Shown here: positions 1 to 9,415 of the stretch, piece by piece
Layout: the number at the start of each line of letters is the position of its first letter
How positions within the stretch are numbered: the stretch's first letter is position 1
Assembly (NCBI GenBank): GCA_031425655.1
Contig: JANPJS010000034.1
Location: 9,625-73,624, forward strand
Origin: Abditibacteriaceae bacterium
Lineage (GTDB): Bacteria; Armatimonadota; Abditibacteriia; Abditibacteriales; Abditibacteriaceae
Direction of reading: 5' to 3'
DNA: 64,000 nt
The notes under the pieces: generated by a model
Databases searched by the model: none
What the model saw: the letters and a program-made list of their open reading frames with translations, nothing else
What the model was told of the DNA's origin: nothing
Program-made: the position numbers and the translations under genes

Positions 1-1429
1 AGAGTAAAGGGCGCTCTTTATAAGTGAGAAAGGTGTCGCCGGTTGATGGGTTGTTTTCTATGTTGTCCTGCACATGGCCATTAGCCGTGAAAATATCGGG
101 ACGACCCTCATTATCTATGTCCACGAAAACGCAGCCGAATGTTGTGAAATAATCGCTGGGTTGAGTAATGCCCCAGTTTTTGGCTTTGTCTTCATAAAGC
201 GTCGCTCCGGTGATTGGGTCAGAGCCTATCACTTGATAAAGCCCCAAATATTCGCGTGAAAAATTGCCGATAAGGATGCTTTCATGGCCCGATTGATCGA
301 AGTCCGCCGTGTCAATTCCCATACCCGCGCGCACTTTCCCTATGGGGTCGTAAACAACGCCCGATTGGGCGCCTTTCTCGGAAAAAGTGCCGTTGCGCTG
401 ATTCAGAAACAGAAAATTCGGCATTAGGTCATTAGCCACCAGCAAGTCAGGCCAGCCGTCTCGGTTTGAATCGCACACGGCGATGCCTAATCCATGTCCG
501 GTTAAAGCCGTGGATTTCCCATTTTTCACAGTAGGCAATGTTGCAGAGATACCGGCTTTCTGTGAAACGTCGGCGAAGCGTCCCTGACCCAGATTTCGGT
601 AGAGAAGGTTAGTTGCCGCCTCGTAAGAATTGGGGCCGTCATATACTTTGCCCAAGTCGGAAGTGGTGAACTGGATTTCGCTTTCAGGCTTCCATTTCAA
701 GTAGCGACAGACAAAAAGGTCGAGCCTGCCATCTTTATCGTAGTCAACCCATGCGGCGCTGCTGGTCCAGCCATTCCCTCGCACGCCCGCCGAAGTCGCT
801 ACTTCGCGGAAGACGGGCTGCTGCCCAGATTTGGATTCGTTATGAAACAAGTAGGCTCGTCCGAGCGAAGTGACAAATAGATCAACACGCCCATCATTGT
901 CGTAATCGCCTGCGGCACCGCCAAAGCCATACATTTCAACGGCTAAGCCGCTGTTATGCGTCACATCGCGGAAAGTGCCGTCGCGGTTGTTATGATAAAG
1001 AGCGCCCGTCGTGCGGCGGGCCGGCTTATTTGGCGGAAGATCGAAATTAAACTTTTCTTTATGGATTTTGCCCGGCCCATTTTTGTATTGCGCGATTTCC
1101 TGTTCCGTCCAATTCCGCGCATTGGCAAAGAAAATATCTTGGTAACCATCGTTATCGTAATCCAAGAAGACAGCGCCGCTGCCCAAGTTTTCAGGAATCC
1201 ATTTCGCGCCAAAAGCCCCATTGTTGTGGACGAAGTTCAAGCCGCTCGTTTGAGTAACATCGAGAAATTTCACTGGCCCCGGCGGCACAAAAACCGGAGG
1301 GCTGCGCGTAGGTATGGGACGCGGCTCCAAAGCCAACTGGCGATCCTGCCACGAAAGAATCGTAAAAACGATTCCCGTAGCTATTCCGACAAGTCCGAGA
1401 AATTTTAAAAGGTTTTTGTAACGTGACAA
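1..1429 (-). CDS. FG-GAP/VCBS-repeat protein (CRTAC1 / ASPIC-UnbV-like), N-terminal part; 3' end lies beyond base 1
   Basis: Absent from the ORF track because no stop codon falls inside the window. My reverse-strand translation is open from a TTG near 1429 to base 1. It shows an N-terminal anchor KFLGLVGIATGIVFTIL, then five DxDxDG-type repeats (DYDNDGYQDIF, GDYDNDGRVDLF, VDYDKDGRLDLF, CDSNRDGWPDLL, DIDNEGRPDIF). Start codon uncertain. Confidence 0.75.
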   Translation of the reverse strand, partial: MSRYKNLLKFLGLVGIATGIVFTILSWQDRQLALEPRPIPTRSPPVFVPPGPVKFLDVTQTSGLNFVHNNGAFGAKWIPENLGSGAVFLDYDNDGYQDIFFANARNWTEQEIAQYKNGPGKIHKEKFNFDLPPNKPARRTTGALYHNNRDGTFRDVTHNSGLAVEMYGFGGAAGDYDNDGRVDLFVTSLGRAYLFHNESKSGQQPVFREVATSAGVRGNGWTSSAAWVDYDKDGRLDLFVCRYLKWKPESEIQFTTSDLGKVYDGPNSYEAATNLLYRNLGQGRFADVSQKAGISATLPTVKNGKSTALTGHGLGIAVCDSNRDGWPDLLVANDLMPNFLFLNQRNGTFSEKGAQSGVVYDPIGKVRAGMGIDTADFDQSGHESILIGNFSREYLGLYQVIGSDPITGATLYEDKAKNWGITQPSDYFTTFGCVFVDIDNEGRPDIFTANGHVQDNIENNPSTGDTFLTYKERPLL

Positions 1430-1454
1430 TGTGATTTTGCTTTCTTCCAATAAC

Positions 1455-1489
1455 AAAAGAGCAGGCAAGTAAAACTTGCCTGCTCTTTT
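1455..1489. terminator. bidirectional intrinsic terminator hairpin
   Basis: Stem aaaagagcaggcaagt / acttgcctgctctttt with an A-run before and a T-run after. It lies about 43 nt downstream of the stop of the 1532-2323 gene. Confidence 0.7.
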
Positions 1490-1531
1490 GCTTTTACCGT
1501 GAACTGCGCTGTTTTTAGGCGGTGTCAGGAG

Positions 1532-2323
1532 TTAGTTATACTTTTTGTCAACCGCGTCCATGCAATCCGTCAGGTTGGTTTCGGGCAAGTCGCAGTTGAT
1601 GCGGTTGGCGCCATCGAAGGCGGCGCCACAGGCATTGCCATTGGCCTTGCCCCACTGGTTGAAGGGGCCGGCTGTTACCGAAGCGCGCTGCGATTTGACG
1701 TGACCGTCAATGTAAAGCAGGTTCATCTGACCCAGATGCCCGGCCCATACGCGGTTTACCGCAGTGCCAGCATTCCATTCGGGCTTGTGGAAGGTTCGGT
1801 CCTTATCGGTGTATTCGAGGACGATTATCTTCTGGGAAGGCTTTTGCACGTCGGCAATGCTCATCGACACAACATAGTCGCCGATTAGATTCTGGTTGTT
1901 GACGTAGGACGTGTTAATGGCCGGCGTATCGGGCGTCGCGTTGTCCGAGAGGACATTTTTCGACGGATTGGAAGGGCAGACAAACAACTGTGCACTCTTT
2001 ATATACGGGTGGAGTTTTTGCCTCCACGATTTACGCGTTTCAAGTTCCGCAGGCGTGGTGCCATTGTTACGCTCTTCTCCATTCCACTGCGAGCCACCTC
2101 GCGCCGGGAACGATTCGTCGTAATCCTGCGTGTATTGGGCGAAGCCAAGACCGATTTGCTTCAGGTTGTTGGCGCAAGACGATTTGCGCGCGTTTTCGCG
2201 CGCTCGTGCGAAAACGGGGAAGAGAATGGCAGCGAGCAATGCGATAATCGCTATAACGACCAAGAGTTCAATCAGGGTAAAGGCTTTGCGCGTGCTTCCC
2301 TGCGTGCGACGGATGCTAATCAT
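1532..2323 (-). CDS. DUF1559-type protein with prepilin-type N-terminal cleavage/methylation domain
   Basis: N-terminus [26 protein letters not shown] is the classic type IV pilin-like leader and hydrophobic helix. The C-terminal LLYIDGHV motif is typical of the DUF1559 family, which is expanded in PVC-type bacteria. Confidence 0.85.
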   Translation of the reverse strand: MISIRRTQGSTRKAFTLIELLVVIAIIALLAAILFPVFARARENARKSSCANNLKQIGLGFAQYTQDYDESFPARGGSQWNGEERNNGTTPAELETRKSWRQKLHPYIKSAQLFVCPSNPSKNVLSDNATPDTPAINTSYVNNQNLIGDYVVSMSIADVQKPSQKIIVLEYTDKDRTFHKPEWNAGTAVNRVWAGHLGQMNLLYIDGHVKSQRASVTAGPFNQWGKANGNACGAAFDGANRINCDLPETNLTDCMDAVDKKYN

Positions 2324-2493
2324 GAATTTGTCCTGTGCTTCGTGGCGTTTTCGCCGACGGCTGAAATAGCCTGCGGCGGCCTAAATAACTGTCTAAGTAT
2401 GAGTATGGTTAATAATACAAAGTTTCAAACGCGAGGCACCATAATTTTAAATCGGTTGATACAGAGGCATTACTTTGTATCTTCTCTGCAAAA

Positions 2494-3711
2494 ATGTTGG
2501 CGCTGCGCGATAATAAAGGCTTCGTGAAACCTTTACGCATTCTCGTGACGGGCGGCGGCAGCGCCGGACACATCAGCCCGGCGTTGGCCATCATTCAGAC
2601 ACTTCAGGAAATTTCCGAAACACCGCCGCAGTTTCTTTATTTAGGCGGTCGGCACGGCTTGGAAGAAGAGCAGGCGAAGCGCGCCGGACTGGCTTTCGTC
2701 GGCGTGGAAACCGGGAAGCTGCGCCGCTATTTTAGCTGGCAGAATTTCACTGACCTGGCGCGAGTTCCCGTTGGCGTGTGGCAATCGCTGCGCGCGGTGC
2801 GCCGCTTTCGGCCCGATGTCGTGGTGTCAACGGGCGGCTATGTCAGCGTGCCGCCGGTCGTGGCGGCGCGTTTGTTGGGCATTCCTATTCTGATTCACGA
2901 GCAAACCGTGCAAGTCGGGCTGGCCAATCGCATTGCGGCGCGCTGCGCGACGAAAATCGCACTCAGTTGGGAAAGCGCAATGGCGGATCTAAGTCCTGCG
3001 CTGCAAAGCAAAGCCTTTGTGGCTGGGAATCCAATTCGCTCGGCGGTATTTGGCGGCTCGCGCGAAGACGCGGCGCGGATTTTCAACTTCGATGCGCGCG
3101 ATGCCCATTTGCCGGCGCTTTACATTACCGGCGGCAGTCAGGGCGCACGAGTTATCAATCGCGCCGTCGAAGCGGCGCTGCCCGAACTGTTGAAAATGTG
3201 CCGCGTGATTCATCAGTGCGGCCAGCAGCCGGACGGGCAGGAGCAGGATTTCGAGCGGCTCGAAGCGGCAGCAAAGGCTTTGTCGCCCGAATTAGCGCGC
3301 CGTTATCGCTGCGAACGCTTCATTCGTGAAGAAATCAATCACGTTTTCGCGTGGGCCGATTTGGTTCTCAGCCGCGCCGGAGCGGGCACGGTTTCGGAAT
3401 TATGCGCGCTTGGCAAACCTGCGCTTTATGTTCCCCTCGTGCCGACCGGCGGCGACGAGCAAACGCGCAACGCGCAAATGTGCGAAGCCATCGGCGCCGC
3501 GAAAATCATCCGCCAAAGCGAACTAAGCGCCGAAAAATTGCTTCAAGAAGTGCCGCTGCTGTTGAATAACGGCCCCCAATTAGCGAAGATGAGCGCCGCC
3601 GCGCTGACTTTAGCCAAACCCAACGCGGCGCACGTGTTGGCGCAGAATATTTTAGAACTGGCCTCTCGCAAAGACGCAAAGTCGCAAAGAAGCCCGCCAA
3701 CCGCAAAGTGA
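2494..3711 (+). CDS. murG: UDP-N-acetylglucosamine--N-acetylmuramyl-(pentapeptide) pyrophosphoryl-undecaprenol GlcNAc transferase
   Basis: Glycine-rich loop ILVTGGGSAGHISPALAI and C-terminal nucleotide-sugar region (ITGGSQGAR, SRAGAGTVSEL, VPLVPTGGDEQTRNA), typical of GT28 MurG. The last ~15 codons (ASRKDAKSQRSPPTAK) are encoded by the left arm of the 3664-3775 palindrome. Confidence 0.85.
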   Translation: MLALRDNKGFVKPLRILVTGGGSAGHISPALAIIQTLQEISETPPQFLYLGGRHGLEEEQAKRAGLAFVGVETGKLRRYFSWQNFTDLARVPVGVWQSLRAVRRFRPDVVVSTGGYVSVPPVVAARLLGIPILIHEQTVQVGLANRIAARCATKIALSWESAMADLSPALQSKAFVAGNPIRSAVFGGSREDAARIFNFDARDAHLPALYITGGSQGARVINRAVEAALPELLKMCRVIHQCGQQPDGQEQDFERLEAAAKALSPELARRYRCERFIREEINHVFAWADLVLSRAGAGTVSELCALGKPALYVPLVPTGGDEQTRNAQMCEAIGAAKIIRQSELSAEKLLQEVPLLLNNGPQLAKMSAAALTLAKPNAAHVLAQNILELASRKDAKSQRSPPTAK

Positions 3712-3775
3712 TTTTCTGCCGACAATCGGTCAGGTTTTCTCAGCGGCTTCTTTGCGACTTTGCGTCTTTGCGAGA
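3664..3775. repeat. long hairpin element (CAAAG-word subfamily)
   Basis: Perfect 30-bp inverted repeat: tctcgcaaagacgcaaagtcgcaaagaagc (3664-3693) and gcttctttgcgactttgcgtctttgcgaga (3746-3775). The 52-nt spacer contains the murG stop codon. Confidence 0.9.
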
Positions 3776-3791
3776 GATTAAAAAGGAAACT

Positions 3792-4910
3792 ATGCAAGAC
3801 CCACGAATCGAAAAATTAGCGCATCTGCTGGCGACGCACTCGTGCCAACTGACCAAAGGCGACAACGTCCTCATCGAAGCCTTCGACGTGCCCGAAGCGA
3901 TGACCGTCGCCCTGATTCGCGCCGTGCAGGACGCGGGCGCCACGCCGATGGTCAATCTGCGTCAAGGGCCGGTTTCGCGCGCATTAATGATGGGCATGAC
4001 CGAAAAAGGCGCCAAGCTCGCCACTAAAATTGCGATGGAGCAAACCAAAAAGGCCGACGCTTACATCGCGGTGCGCGGCGCCAACAACACGGCGGAAATG
4101 GCTGACGTGCCCGCCGAAAAACTGAAAATCTTTTCCGCTAACGGTGGCCATGATGTGTTGATGCATCGCGTCAATCATACGCGTTGGGTGGTGCTTCGCT
4201 ATCCGTCGCCTTCGATGGCCCAGGACGCGCAAATGTCCACCGAAGCCTTCGAGGAGTTCTTTTTTCAGGTTTGCACCATGGATTACGACAAAATGCGCCG
4301 CGCCTGCGAGCCATTGGTCGAATTGATGGAGAAAACCAACAAAGTTCACATCACCGGGCCGGGCACCGACTTGAAGTTTTCGATCAAAGGCATTCCCGCG
4401 ATTCCTTGTTTTGGCGAGCGCAACATTCCCGACGGCGAATGCTTTACGGCTCCGGTGCGCGATAGCGTGCAAGGCCAGATTACTTTCACGGCACCGACGT
4501 TGGAACATGGGATCACGCACGAAAACGTCTGCCTGAAATTCAAAAAGGGCAAGATTATCGAGGCGACTTCGAGCAACACGGAAAAGCTCAACGAAACTCT
4601 AAACCGCGATGAAGGCGCGCGTTATATCGGCGAGTTCTCACTCGGTTTCAATCCGTATATCGTCAAGCCGATGAAAGACATTTTGTTCGATGAAAAGATC
4701 GCCGGCTCTTTCCACTTCACGCCCGGTCAGGCTTACGAAGTGGCTGATAACGGCAATCGCAGCGAAGTGCACTGGGACATGGTGTGCATCCAACGCCCCG
4801 ATTTCGGCGGCGGCGAAATTTACTTCGACGGCAAGCTGATTCGCAAAGACGGCCTCTTCGTCGTGCCCGAACTCGAAGCCTTGAACCCGGAGAAATTGAA
4901 GGGTGCGTAA
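3792..4910 (+). CDS. M29-family (AmpS/PepS-type) aminopeptidase
   Basis: ATG at 3792 is preceded by aaggaa. The ORF-track start 3708 (GTG) lies inside the palindrome and is unlikely. The sequence resembles thermophilic metalloaminopeptidases, e.g. the C-terminal SEVHWDMV...GGEIYFDGKLIRKDG. Confidence 0.75.
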   Translation: MQDPRIEKLAHLLATHSCQLTKGDNVLIEAFDVPEAMTVALIRAVQDAGATPMVNLRQGPVSRALMMGMTEKGAKLATKIAMEQTKKADAYIAVRGANNTAEMADVPAEKLKIFSANGGHDVLMHRVNHTRWVVLRYPSPSMAQDAQMSTEAFEEFFFQVCTMDYDKMRRACEPLVELMEKTNKVHITGPGTDLKFSIKGIPAIPCFGERNIPDGECFTAPVRDSVQGQITFTAPTLEHGITHENVCLKFKKGKIIEATSSNTEKLNETLNRDEGARYIGEFSLGFNPYIVKPMKDILFDEKIAGSFHFTPGQAYEVADNGNRSEVHWDMVCIQRPDFGGGEIYFDGKLIRKDGLFVVPELEALNPEKLKGA

Positions 4911-4915
4911 ACACC

Positions 4916-5974
4916 ATGAACAAGCTGCCGTCGTTCGAGCAAATCGAAATTGTCATTCCCGATGCAGAAGCGAGGTGCGCTCCTCGGTCGCTGATGTGGC
5001 ATGGCGATACGTTAATAGATCGGGCAGGAGGCGGCACTTTCGGACTCGACGGCAAAATCGGACGCACAATTAACGAGTTTGGACACACGGTGAGTGGCTA
5101 TGGGTATCGCTTTAATAGCGCCGTGTCGTCGCCATCCGGCAGATATGCGGTCATTTATGAGAGAAGGGGCACCAAAGGGATAATACTGCGCGATGGGGAA
5201 TTCCTCCGCGAGATTAACCGCAGTTATTATCATTCCGATGTTTACGATTTTCCTGTCCTGCTGATTACGTTGCCGGACGGACGTGAGGTCATCGTTCACT
5301 GTCCCGAAGCATACTGCGAACTGCAAATTGAGGAATTGGAAACCGGCCATCGTCTGACAGAGCGCAGGAACAAGCCGCAGGATTTCTTTTATTCTCGTCT
5401 TGCGGCGAATCCATCCGGCACGCGCTTTCTCAGCGCCGGGTGGATATGGCACCCGTTTGATGCGGTCTTACTTTTCGAAACTGAAGTTGTTTTGCGCGAA
5501 CCGGCGTTGCTGGATAATGAGCAGCATTGGCAGTTTCGTGATTGCAGCAGCAGTATTAACAGCGCCTGTTTTCTGGATGACGACCGCGTTATTCTCTACA
5601 GCGATGCCGAGGCCGACGACTTTCACGATGATGATTTAGAGGAAGAGCGTGCCCGCCGTATAACTCCCGGCACGATTAGCGTTTTCAATTTGCAAACCCA
5701 AAAATACGAATCCATTGTGCCTGTTACCGAAACCATCGGCACGCTCATGCCGGTCGGAAAGACCCACGCAGTTGGCTTTTATGGGCATCCGAAATTGATT
5801 GATTTAGCCACCGGAACTATCGTGCATCGCTGGCCTGATTTGGCAACCGGGAAGCAAAACAGCAGCATCCACCGTGAGGAATTGCCACCGTTGGCTATTG
5901 ATGCTACTCATGCGCGTTTTGCGGTCGCCGGAGCATCCGGCATTAGCGTCGTTACGTTGCAGATTTCAGCTTGA
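4916..5974 (+). CDS. hypothetical protein, possibly beta-propeller-like
   Basis: In-frame ATG (MNKLPSFEQ...) lies 6 nt after the aminopeptidase stop. The upstream part of ORF 4784-5974 overlaps the previous gene. No family motif recognised. The sequence shows repeated beta-strand-rich segments. Confidence 0.6.
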   Translation: MNKLPSFEQIEIVIPDAEARCAPRSLMWHGDTLIDRAGGGTFGLDGKIGRTINEFGHTVSGYGYRFNSAVSSPSGRYAVIYERRGTKGIILRDGEFLREINRSYYHSDVYDFPVLLITLPDGREVIVHCPEAYCELQIEELETGHRLTERRNKPQDFFYSRLAANPSGTRFLSAGWIWHPFDAVLLFETEVVLREPALLDNEQHWQFRDCSSSINSACFLDDDRVILYSDAEADDFHDDDLEEERARRITPGTISVFNLQTQKYESIVPVTETIGTLMPVGKTHAVGFYGHPKLIDLATGTIVHRWPDLATGKQNSSIHREELPPLAIDATHARFAVAGASGISVVTLQISA

Positions 5975-5994
5975 ACACACTCGAATGAGAAATC

Positions 5995-6164
5995 TTAGAA
6001 GCAGTCTAAAAGTGCCAATCGCGGCTAAAAATGGGAGGAGAGTCATTCTGAGCTTGCGAAGAATCTCGGCGTTTTCGCACTTATAAGCGCCGAGATTCTT
6101 CGCAAGCTCAGAATGACAACGCCCTTTGCTGGACTCCGTGCATGACTTTTCAGACTGCTTCTAA
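5995..6164. repeat. nested palindromic element containing a GTCATTCTGAGC-family hairpin
   Basis: Inner perfect 30-bp inverted repeat: gtcattctgagcttgcgaagaatctcggcg (6042-6071) and its reverse complement (6088-6117). Outer arms are ttagaagcagtctaaaagt (5995-6013) and acttttcagactgcttctaa (6145-6164, one bulge). Confidence 0.9.
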
Positions 6165-6168
6165 AACG

Positions 6169-6197
6169 AAAAGGACGAGCCGCAGGCTCGTCCTTTT
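6169..6197. terminator. bidirectional intrinsic terminator
   Basis: Stem aaaaggacgagc / gctcgtcctttt with a 5-nt loop, flanked by an A-run and a T-run. It lies 17 nt from the stop of the M16 peptidase gene on the minus strand. Confidence 0.75.
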
Positions 6198-6213
6198 CGT
6201 TGGCGCGACCGCG

Positions 6214-9093
6214 TTAATTTGGTTCGGATTTTAGCGGTTTGCCTTCGTCGTCCAACAGCGTCAGCGTGGTGCCGAGGCTTTCGAGCGAACGCAAGCCGGG
6301 TTCGATGGTTTTGCGGTCGCCGACGATGAGAACCGCCATCTTCGACGGATCGAGATATTTGTCGGCGACACGTCTCACGTCGTCCGCAGTTACGGCGCGC
6401 ACCTTTTGAATCACGGTGTTGAAATAATCGTCGGGCAGGCCGTAAATCACCACGTCTTGAAGGCGCCCGGCGATTTGCCCCGGCGTCTCAAAACCCGACG
6501 GATAAGCGCGGATGATGTATTGTTTGGCGAATTCGACCTCGTTTTCCGTCAGGGGAATCGCGCCGCGAATGCCGCCCAATTCTTTGAGAGTCTCAACGAG
6601 GGCTTCTTTCGTGACGGCAGTTTGCACGCCCGCACTGGCCGCGAACGGCCCGGCGCCGCGCCGCATATCGAAATAAGTGAAGGCGCCGTAGCTGTAGCCT
6701 TTGGCCTCGCGCAGGTTCATGTTCAATCTCGACGTGAATTGCCCGCCTAAAATCGCATTCATCACGCGCAGCGGGAAATAATCGGGGTTGGAACGCGGCA
6801 CGCCGACTTGACCGACGGTTATCACCGACTGCGCCGCGCCGGGCTTGTCCACCAAATAAAGCGTGCTTTGCGTGCGTGCCCCCGGCGTGGAAACCTCGGT
6901 TGGCGACACGTCGGCGCGTTGCCATGCGCCGAAAGCGCGTTCCAGAGCCGGAAGCAGCGTGTCCGGCTGCACGTCGCCGACCACGATCAGCGTTGCGTTG
7001 TTCGGACGATAATTCGTCTCGTAGAAGCGGCGCACGTCGGCGATTTGCAGGGCTTTTGTCGAGGCTTCGTCGCCGATAGTCGAGTGGCCATACGGATGAT
7101 CGTTGCCGTAAAGCAGTCGCGCGTAAACGTCTTCGGCGATGGATTCGGCATCATCTTTCTGTTGTTCCAACGAGGCCAGACGGCGGGCGCGCAAGCGTTC
7201 CAGTTCGGCAGTTGCAAAGGCAGGATTCAAAATTACGTCCGCGAAAACACCAAGTGCTTGATCCATGTGGCGTGTGAGCGTCGTCATGGTCGCGCTGCTG
7301 CTGTCCCAACCGGCGCCCACGCCAAGACGCGAGCCGATGGACGACATTTCGTTGGAAATATCCAGCGACGAGCGCGTTTTTGTGCCTTCATCGAGCATAT
7401 CGGCGGTTAAAGTCGCCAATCCGGTGCGCTCTTTCGGGTCGGCACTGGCGCCGCTTTTGACCACTAAATCCATGCTGACAACCGGCAATTCGTGATGCTC
7501 GACAATCAGCACTTCCAAGCCGTTGGCCAAACGCCGCCGCTGAATCTGCGGTAGTTTCAAACTGGGGTCGGGCTGCGGTTTGGGCATTTCGTAAAGCCCT
7601 CCGGTTTTGCCTGCGCTGCTGGAAACCTCCAATGCCGGCTTGGCCGCGACGGCGGGAGGCGGCGCCTGCGGCTGCGTTACAGTCGGCGACGCAAGAGGCG
7701 GTTGAGCCGGCGCGGGATTGGCCGCCGGCTTCGCGGTTTTCGACAATGGCAGCACGCTGAGAGCTAACTTTTTGTCGGTTAAATACGCCTTCGCCACGCG
7801 CTGCACATCGGCGGGCGTGACGCGACGATAACGCGCCAAATCCTGCTCGGCGTAGCCGGGATTATTGAGAAATGTGGCGTAGGAATTGAGTTGGTCGGCC
7901 TTGCCGCGCACAGTTTGCAGGCCGTAAATAAACGACGATTCGATGGTGTTGTAAGCGCGCTCCATTTCGTCGGCGTTCGGAGGAGCGGTTTTCAGCTTTG
8001 CCAGTTCTTCGTTGATGGCGCTTTCCAGTTCAGCGATGGTTTTTCCGGGTTTGGCCGTGGCGATGATTGTGAATTCTCCGGCCAATTCGCGCGAACCGTT
8101 GAAAGCCGACACGTCCTGCGCGATTTGCCGGTCATAGACCAGCGATTTGTAAAGGCGCGAACCTTTGCCGTTGACCATGACGTAAGCCAACATATCGAGC
8201 GCGGCGTCGTCGGGCGCGAATTGCGGGACGGTGTGCCAGTCGAGATACAGTCGTGGCAGTGACACGCGGTCTTCCATTGTCTGGCGGATTTCGCGGTCAA
8301 GCTTTGGCCGCGGCGCTTTAACCGGCTTGATTTTTGGCCCGCCGGGCAAGGGCGCGAAATATTTTTCAACCCACTGGCGAGCCTGCGCCGGTTGGAAGTC
8401 GCCCGCGATGACGAGGCTGGCATTATTCGGCGTGTAATAACGGCGGAAAAAGTCTTTGACTTCGCCCATCGAAGCGCCGGTTACGTCGTCGAGCGAGCCG
8501 ATAGTGAGCCAGTGATACGGATGTGTTTTCGGATACATCGTCTCGGCGATTTTGGCCCAGACTTGTCCGTAAGGCTGATTATCGTAGTTTTGGCGCTTCT
8601 CGTTTTTCACGACTTCGCGCTGGTTGTTGAGCTTGGTTTCGGTCATCGCGTCGGGCAAATAGCCCATGCGGTCGCTTTCGAGCCATAAGGCCAGTTCGAG
8701 AAAATTGGCCGGGACGGTTTCAAAATAGTTGGTGCGGTCGGTGTTGGTAGTGCCGTTAATCGAGCCGCCCGCTTGCTGCAAAGGCTTGAAAAAATCGTCG
8801 TCGTGGTGCTTCGAGCCTTGAAACATCAAATGCTCAAACAAGTGCGCGAAGCCTGTGCGTCCCGGCACTTCATTTTTGGAGCCGACATGATACCATATGT
8901 TGGTCGTCACGAGCGGCGCCGAATGGTCTTCGTGCAAAATGACGCGCAGGCCATTTTTGAGGCGATATTGCTCGAAGCGCAACGGCGGCAGCGGCGCGCT
9001 TGGCGGCGTTTTGGCTTGGACAGTGTTGGGAAGCGTTATCAGAACTGTGAGAGCAAGCGGCCACAGGCCTTTTCGAGGTCGTTGAATGTTCAT
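6214..9093 (-). CDS. secreted two-unit M16 (pitrilysin/insulinase) family zinc peptidase
   Basis: Inverted zinc motif HxxEH in GFAHLFEHLMFQGS. A second M16-like half follows a Pro/Ala-rich linker. The ATG at 9093 has ggag upstream and gives the signal peptide MNIQRPRKGLWPLALTVLITLPNTVQA. The longer track ORF, reaching 9219, is unlikely. Confidence 0.85.
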   Translation of the reverse strand: MNIQRPRKGLWPLALTVLITLPNTVQAKTPPSAPLPPLRFEQYRLKNGLRVILHEDHSAPLVTTNIWYHVGSKNEVPGRTGFAHLFEHLMFQGSKHHDDDFFKPLQQAGGSINGTTNTDRTNYFETVPANFLELALWLESDRMGYLPDAMTETKLNNQREVVKNEKRQNYDNQPYGQVWAKIAETMYPKTHPYHWLTIGSLDDVTGASMGEVKDFFRRYYTPNNASLVIAGDFQPAQARQWVEKYFAPLPGGPKIKPVKAPRPKLDREIRQTMEDRVSLPRLYLDWHTVPQFAPDDAALDMLAYVMVNGKGSRLYKSLVYDRQIAQDVSAFNGSRELAGEFTIIATAKPGKTIAELESAINEELAKLKTAPPNADEMERAYNTIESSFIYGLQTVRGKADQLNSYATFLNNPGYAEQDLARYRRVTPADVQRVAKAYLTDKKLALSVLPLSKTAKPAANPAPAQPPLASPTVTQPQAPPPAVAAKPALEVSSSAGKTGGLYEMPKPQPDPSLKLPQIQRRRLANGLEVLIVEHHELPVVSMDLVVKSGASADPKERTGLATLTADMLDEGTKTRSSLDISNEMSSIGSRLGVGAGWDSSSATMTTLTRHMDQALGVFADVILNPAFATAELERLRARRLASLEQQKDDAESIAEDVYARLLYGNDHPYGHSTIGDEASTKALQIADVRRFYETNYRPNNATLIVVGDVQPDTLLPALERAFGAWQRADVSPTEVSTPGARTQSTLYLVDKPGAAQSVITVGQVGVPRSNPDYFPLRVMNAILGGQFTSRLNMNLREAKGYSYGAFTYFDMRRGAGPFAASAGVQTAVTKEALVETLKELGGIRGAIPLTENEVEFAKQYIIRAYPSGFETPGQIAGRLQDVVIYGLPDDYFNTVIQKVRAVTADDVRRVADKYLDPSKMAVLIVGDRKTIEPGLRSLESLGTTLTLLDDEGKPLKSEPN

Positions 9094-9232
9094 ATAAATC
9101 TCCGGGTTGGAATGGGAATCGGGTTGCCAATTGAAGCCCGCCGCAATTCTGCGACCGGCGTCGCACCGACGCGCGAGCAAAATCGCGGTTGCCGATGCGT
9201 TGTGCGGCTTCGCGCTCACGTCGCAGGTCGCC

Positions 9233-9415
9233 TTAATACCTAACCCAAGTTGCTACCTATTAGCCCGGCGATTGAAATCGCGGCCAACTAAGCAGCGAAG
9301 TCCGCCTTCGCGGACTAAAAACAAAGATTTTAGTCGCCGTAGGGCGACTTTGCCGCTTGGTTGCCGCGAATTTATTCGCCAGACTTGATAGGTAGCAACT
9401 TGGGTTAATACCTAA
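9233..9415. mobile_element. MITE-like 161-bp insert with 17-bp terminal inverted repeats and 11-bp direct (target-site-like) duplication
   Basis: TIRs are cccaagttgctacctat (9244-9260) and ataggtagcaacttggg (9388-9404). They are flanked by identical ttaatacctaa at 9233-9243 and 9405-9415. The interior holds two small hairpins (gtccgccttcgcggac, gtcgccgtagggcgac). The right duplicate contains the aroB stop codon. Confidence 0.7.

Noticed and set aside
3708-3791. Upstream extensions of ORF-track models: 3708 for the aminopeptidase, 4784, 27245, 29214, 54799, 61125, 49766, 52218, and 9219 for the M16 peptidase.
   Set aside because: The extensions read through palindromic repeats or overlap the preceding gene. 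They start at non-ATG codons, and they precede an in-frame ATG with a Shine-Dalgarno-like sequence and/or a signal peptide. The shorter models were preferred.
4916-5974. The beta-propeller-like hypothetical gene as a fourth foreign cassette.
   Set aside because: My hand counts give about 52 % GC, only slightly below the neighbours. I found no duplication of the aminopeptidase 3' end or other junction repeats around it.
9261-9290. CRISPR-repeat-like string (ggcgattgaaatcgcggccaac) inside the MITE-like element.
   Set aside because: It occurs once, plus one imperfect inverted partner. There is no regularly spaced direct-repeat array anywhere in the window and no cas genes.
9107-9388. 93-aa ORF spanning the M16 upstream region and the MITE-like element.
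   Set aside because: It reads through a palindromic non-coding element and overlaps the peptidase start region. Its composition is not protein-like.
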